Below, one piece after another: positions 62,648 through 64,000 of a DNA stretch of 64,000 nucleotides. Below the pieces are notes generated by a model, which saw nothing but the letters and a program-made list of their open reading frames with translations, was not told the DNA's origin and made no database searches. Both the position numbers and the translations under genes were made by a program. Source of the DNA: an uncultured Clostridia bacterium (GTDB taxonomy: Bacteria; Bacillota; Clostridia; TANB77; CAG-508); assembly GCA_947632605.1 (NCBI GenBank), contig CANRPX010000001.1, forward strand, positions 198,416 to 262,415, in the 5' to 3' direction. How positions within the stretch are numbered: position 1 is the first letter of the stretch; each line of letters begins with the position of its first letter.

Positions 62648-63976
62648 ATGAAAAAAATAACAAAAATTTTTTTAAGTGCATTTATTATAATTTTATGTGT
62701 ATCAAATATCGTATTTGCAGTTGAAGATTTTAATTTTGTCTTTGATTCTAATGTTGTATTAGATGGTACAGTTAATAGTGATCAAAATGAAGAAAATGGA
62801 ATAATGCCAATTTCAGAAGAGATACCTGAAGAATGGCTTAGAACACTTCCAGAAGAAGAGTCAGATATATCATCTTTAGATGATATATTAGAATCAGGAG
62901 AAAAAGTAAATATTTCAGAAGCTGTATATGGAGATGTATATGCAAGTGGTACAACAGTTGAAATTAACTCAGAAATTGTGGATGGAAACATATATGTAAT
63001 TGGTAATACAGTTAAAATTAATTCTAAAAATGTATCAGGAAATGTATATGTAATTGGTAATACAGTTGAAATTAATTCAGAAAATATAATTGGAAATGTT
63101 TTTGCTATATCAGAAAATCTTAAAATTTCTGGACAAGTTTCTTTATATTTATATGCTATATCTGATGATATGGAAATTTCTGGTATAGTATCAGGAGTGT
63201 ATGCAATATCAAATAAATTTACTTTAGTAGAAAATGCTGAAATAATAAGAGATTTAAAACTTGCATCAAGTGAAGTTAATATAAATGGTGTAGTAGATCG
63301 TAACATTTCATTAAATTCAGAAAATACTAATATTGGAGAAAATGCATTAGTATATGGAAAACTTGTATATAATGGAAATTTAAATGGAAATTTAGATAAA
63401 ATATATGGAGAAACTGAAAAATATGAAATCGAAACTCCAAAAGAGCCATCTACAAAAGATACTATAACTACAAAAGTTATAGATTTAATTACTAAAAGTA
63501 TAGTAGCTCTAATATTTATTATTATAATGGTAGCTGTTTCAAAAAATACAACTTCACAATTTAGTAAAATGAAAGTTGGAGATTATATTAAAGATATATT
63601 TATTGGATTAGCTGTATTAATATTTACACCAGTTTTAGCAGTATGTATTTCTTTAACAATAATTGGTATACCATTTGCGATAATAGGAATTTTAATATAT
63701 GCAGTAGCAATATATCTTTCTATTACATTTTTATCTTTTGAAATATCAAAATTATTATTAAAAGAAAATGCTTCAAAACCCAAAATAATTGGAGTAGCCT
63801 TATTAGTTTATGTATGTTTTAACATTGTAGAATTAGTTCCAGGAATTGGTGGATTAATTAAATTCTTTGCAATATTAATTGGAATTTCTGCAGAATTAAA
63901 ATTAATATTTAGAAAAAAAGATAAAAAAGAAGAAAATAAAGAAGAAGTAAAAAATGAAGAAGATAAACTAAATTAA
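62648..63976 (+). CDS. secreted beta-helix-repeat protein with a C-terminal polytopic membrane domain and a Lys/Glu-rich tail
   Basis: Signal peptide, an acidic linker, then six or more repeats of about 20 aa (GNVYVIGNTVEINSEN..) resembling the DUF4097/bactofilin-like putative-adhesin beta-helix. Four TM helices at the C-terminus. Confidence 0.5.
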   Translation: MKKITKIFLSAFIIILCVSNIVFAVEDFNFVFDSNVVLDGTVNSDQNEENGIMPISEEIPEEWLRTLPEEESDISSLDDILESGEKVNISEAVYGDVYASGTTVEINSEIVDGNIYVIGNTVKINSKNVSGNVYVIGNTVEINSENIIGNVFAISENLKISGQVSLYLYAISDDMEISGIVSGVYAISNKFTLVENAEIIRDLKLASSEVNINGVVDRNISLNSENTNIGENALVYGKLVYNGNLNGNLDKIYGETEKYEIETPKEPSTKDTITTKVIDLITKSIVALIFIIIMVAVSKNTTSQFSKMKVGDYIKDIFIGLAVLIFTPVLAVCISLTIIGIPFAIIGILIYAVAIYLSITFLSFEISKLLLKENASKPKIIGVALLVYVCFNIVELVPGIGGLIKFFAILIGISAELKLIFRKKDKKEENKEEVKNEEDKLN

Positions 63977-64000
63977 AATAATAAATGTTTTTTTAAAGGT

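Noticed and set aside
62782-63306. 174-aa minus-strand ORF with its own ISELISTV-type repeats
   Set aside because: It is the antisense image of the beta-helix repeat DNA in the + strand gene. The repeat periodicity propagates to the opposite strand and creates an open frame.

Overview
This window is very AT-rich (roughly 27-28% GC), which fits a Clostridium-like Firmicute. Almost everything is on the + strand. Conserved housekeeping genes frame it: a glgP 3' fragment, cmk, plsC, typA, and at the far end rlmN-stp-prkC-rpe. Between typA and rlmN there is a cell-surface polysaccharide super-locus of about 48 kb (9.5-57.8 kb). It holds a dTDP-rhamnose set (rfbD-rfbA / rfbC-HD-rfbB), a bacillosamine-type initiation module (PglF/PglE/PglC-like) with an ATP-grasp / DegT-like / FemAB-like trio, a Wzx/Wzy pair, galE, and an ABC-transporter (Wzm/Wzt-CBM) pathway. 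The ABC pathway carries three tandem paralogous double-GT2 genes; the first is fused to a methyltransferase-like domain plus a coiled coil. There is also a lipid-carrier glycosylation module (polyprenyl-P sugar synthase, a frameshifted GtrA-like gene, large GT-C-like membrane proteins) and a RelE/ParE-type toxin-antitoxin pair. Near the start is a TasA/camelysin-like secreted-protein cluster behind a 350-nt leader, followed by an unusual P-loop NTPase-Asp23 fusion. A roughly 400-bp GC-rich island carries a minus-strand orphan ORF and a bidirectional terminator. prkC and the GtrA-like gene both show homopolymer frameshifts. I found no rRNA, tRNA, CRISPR array or obvious transposase.
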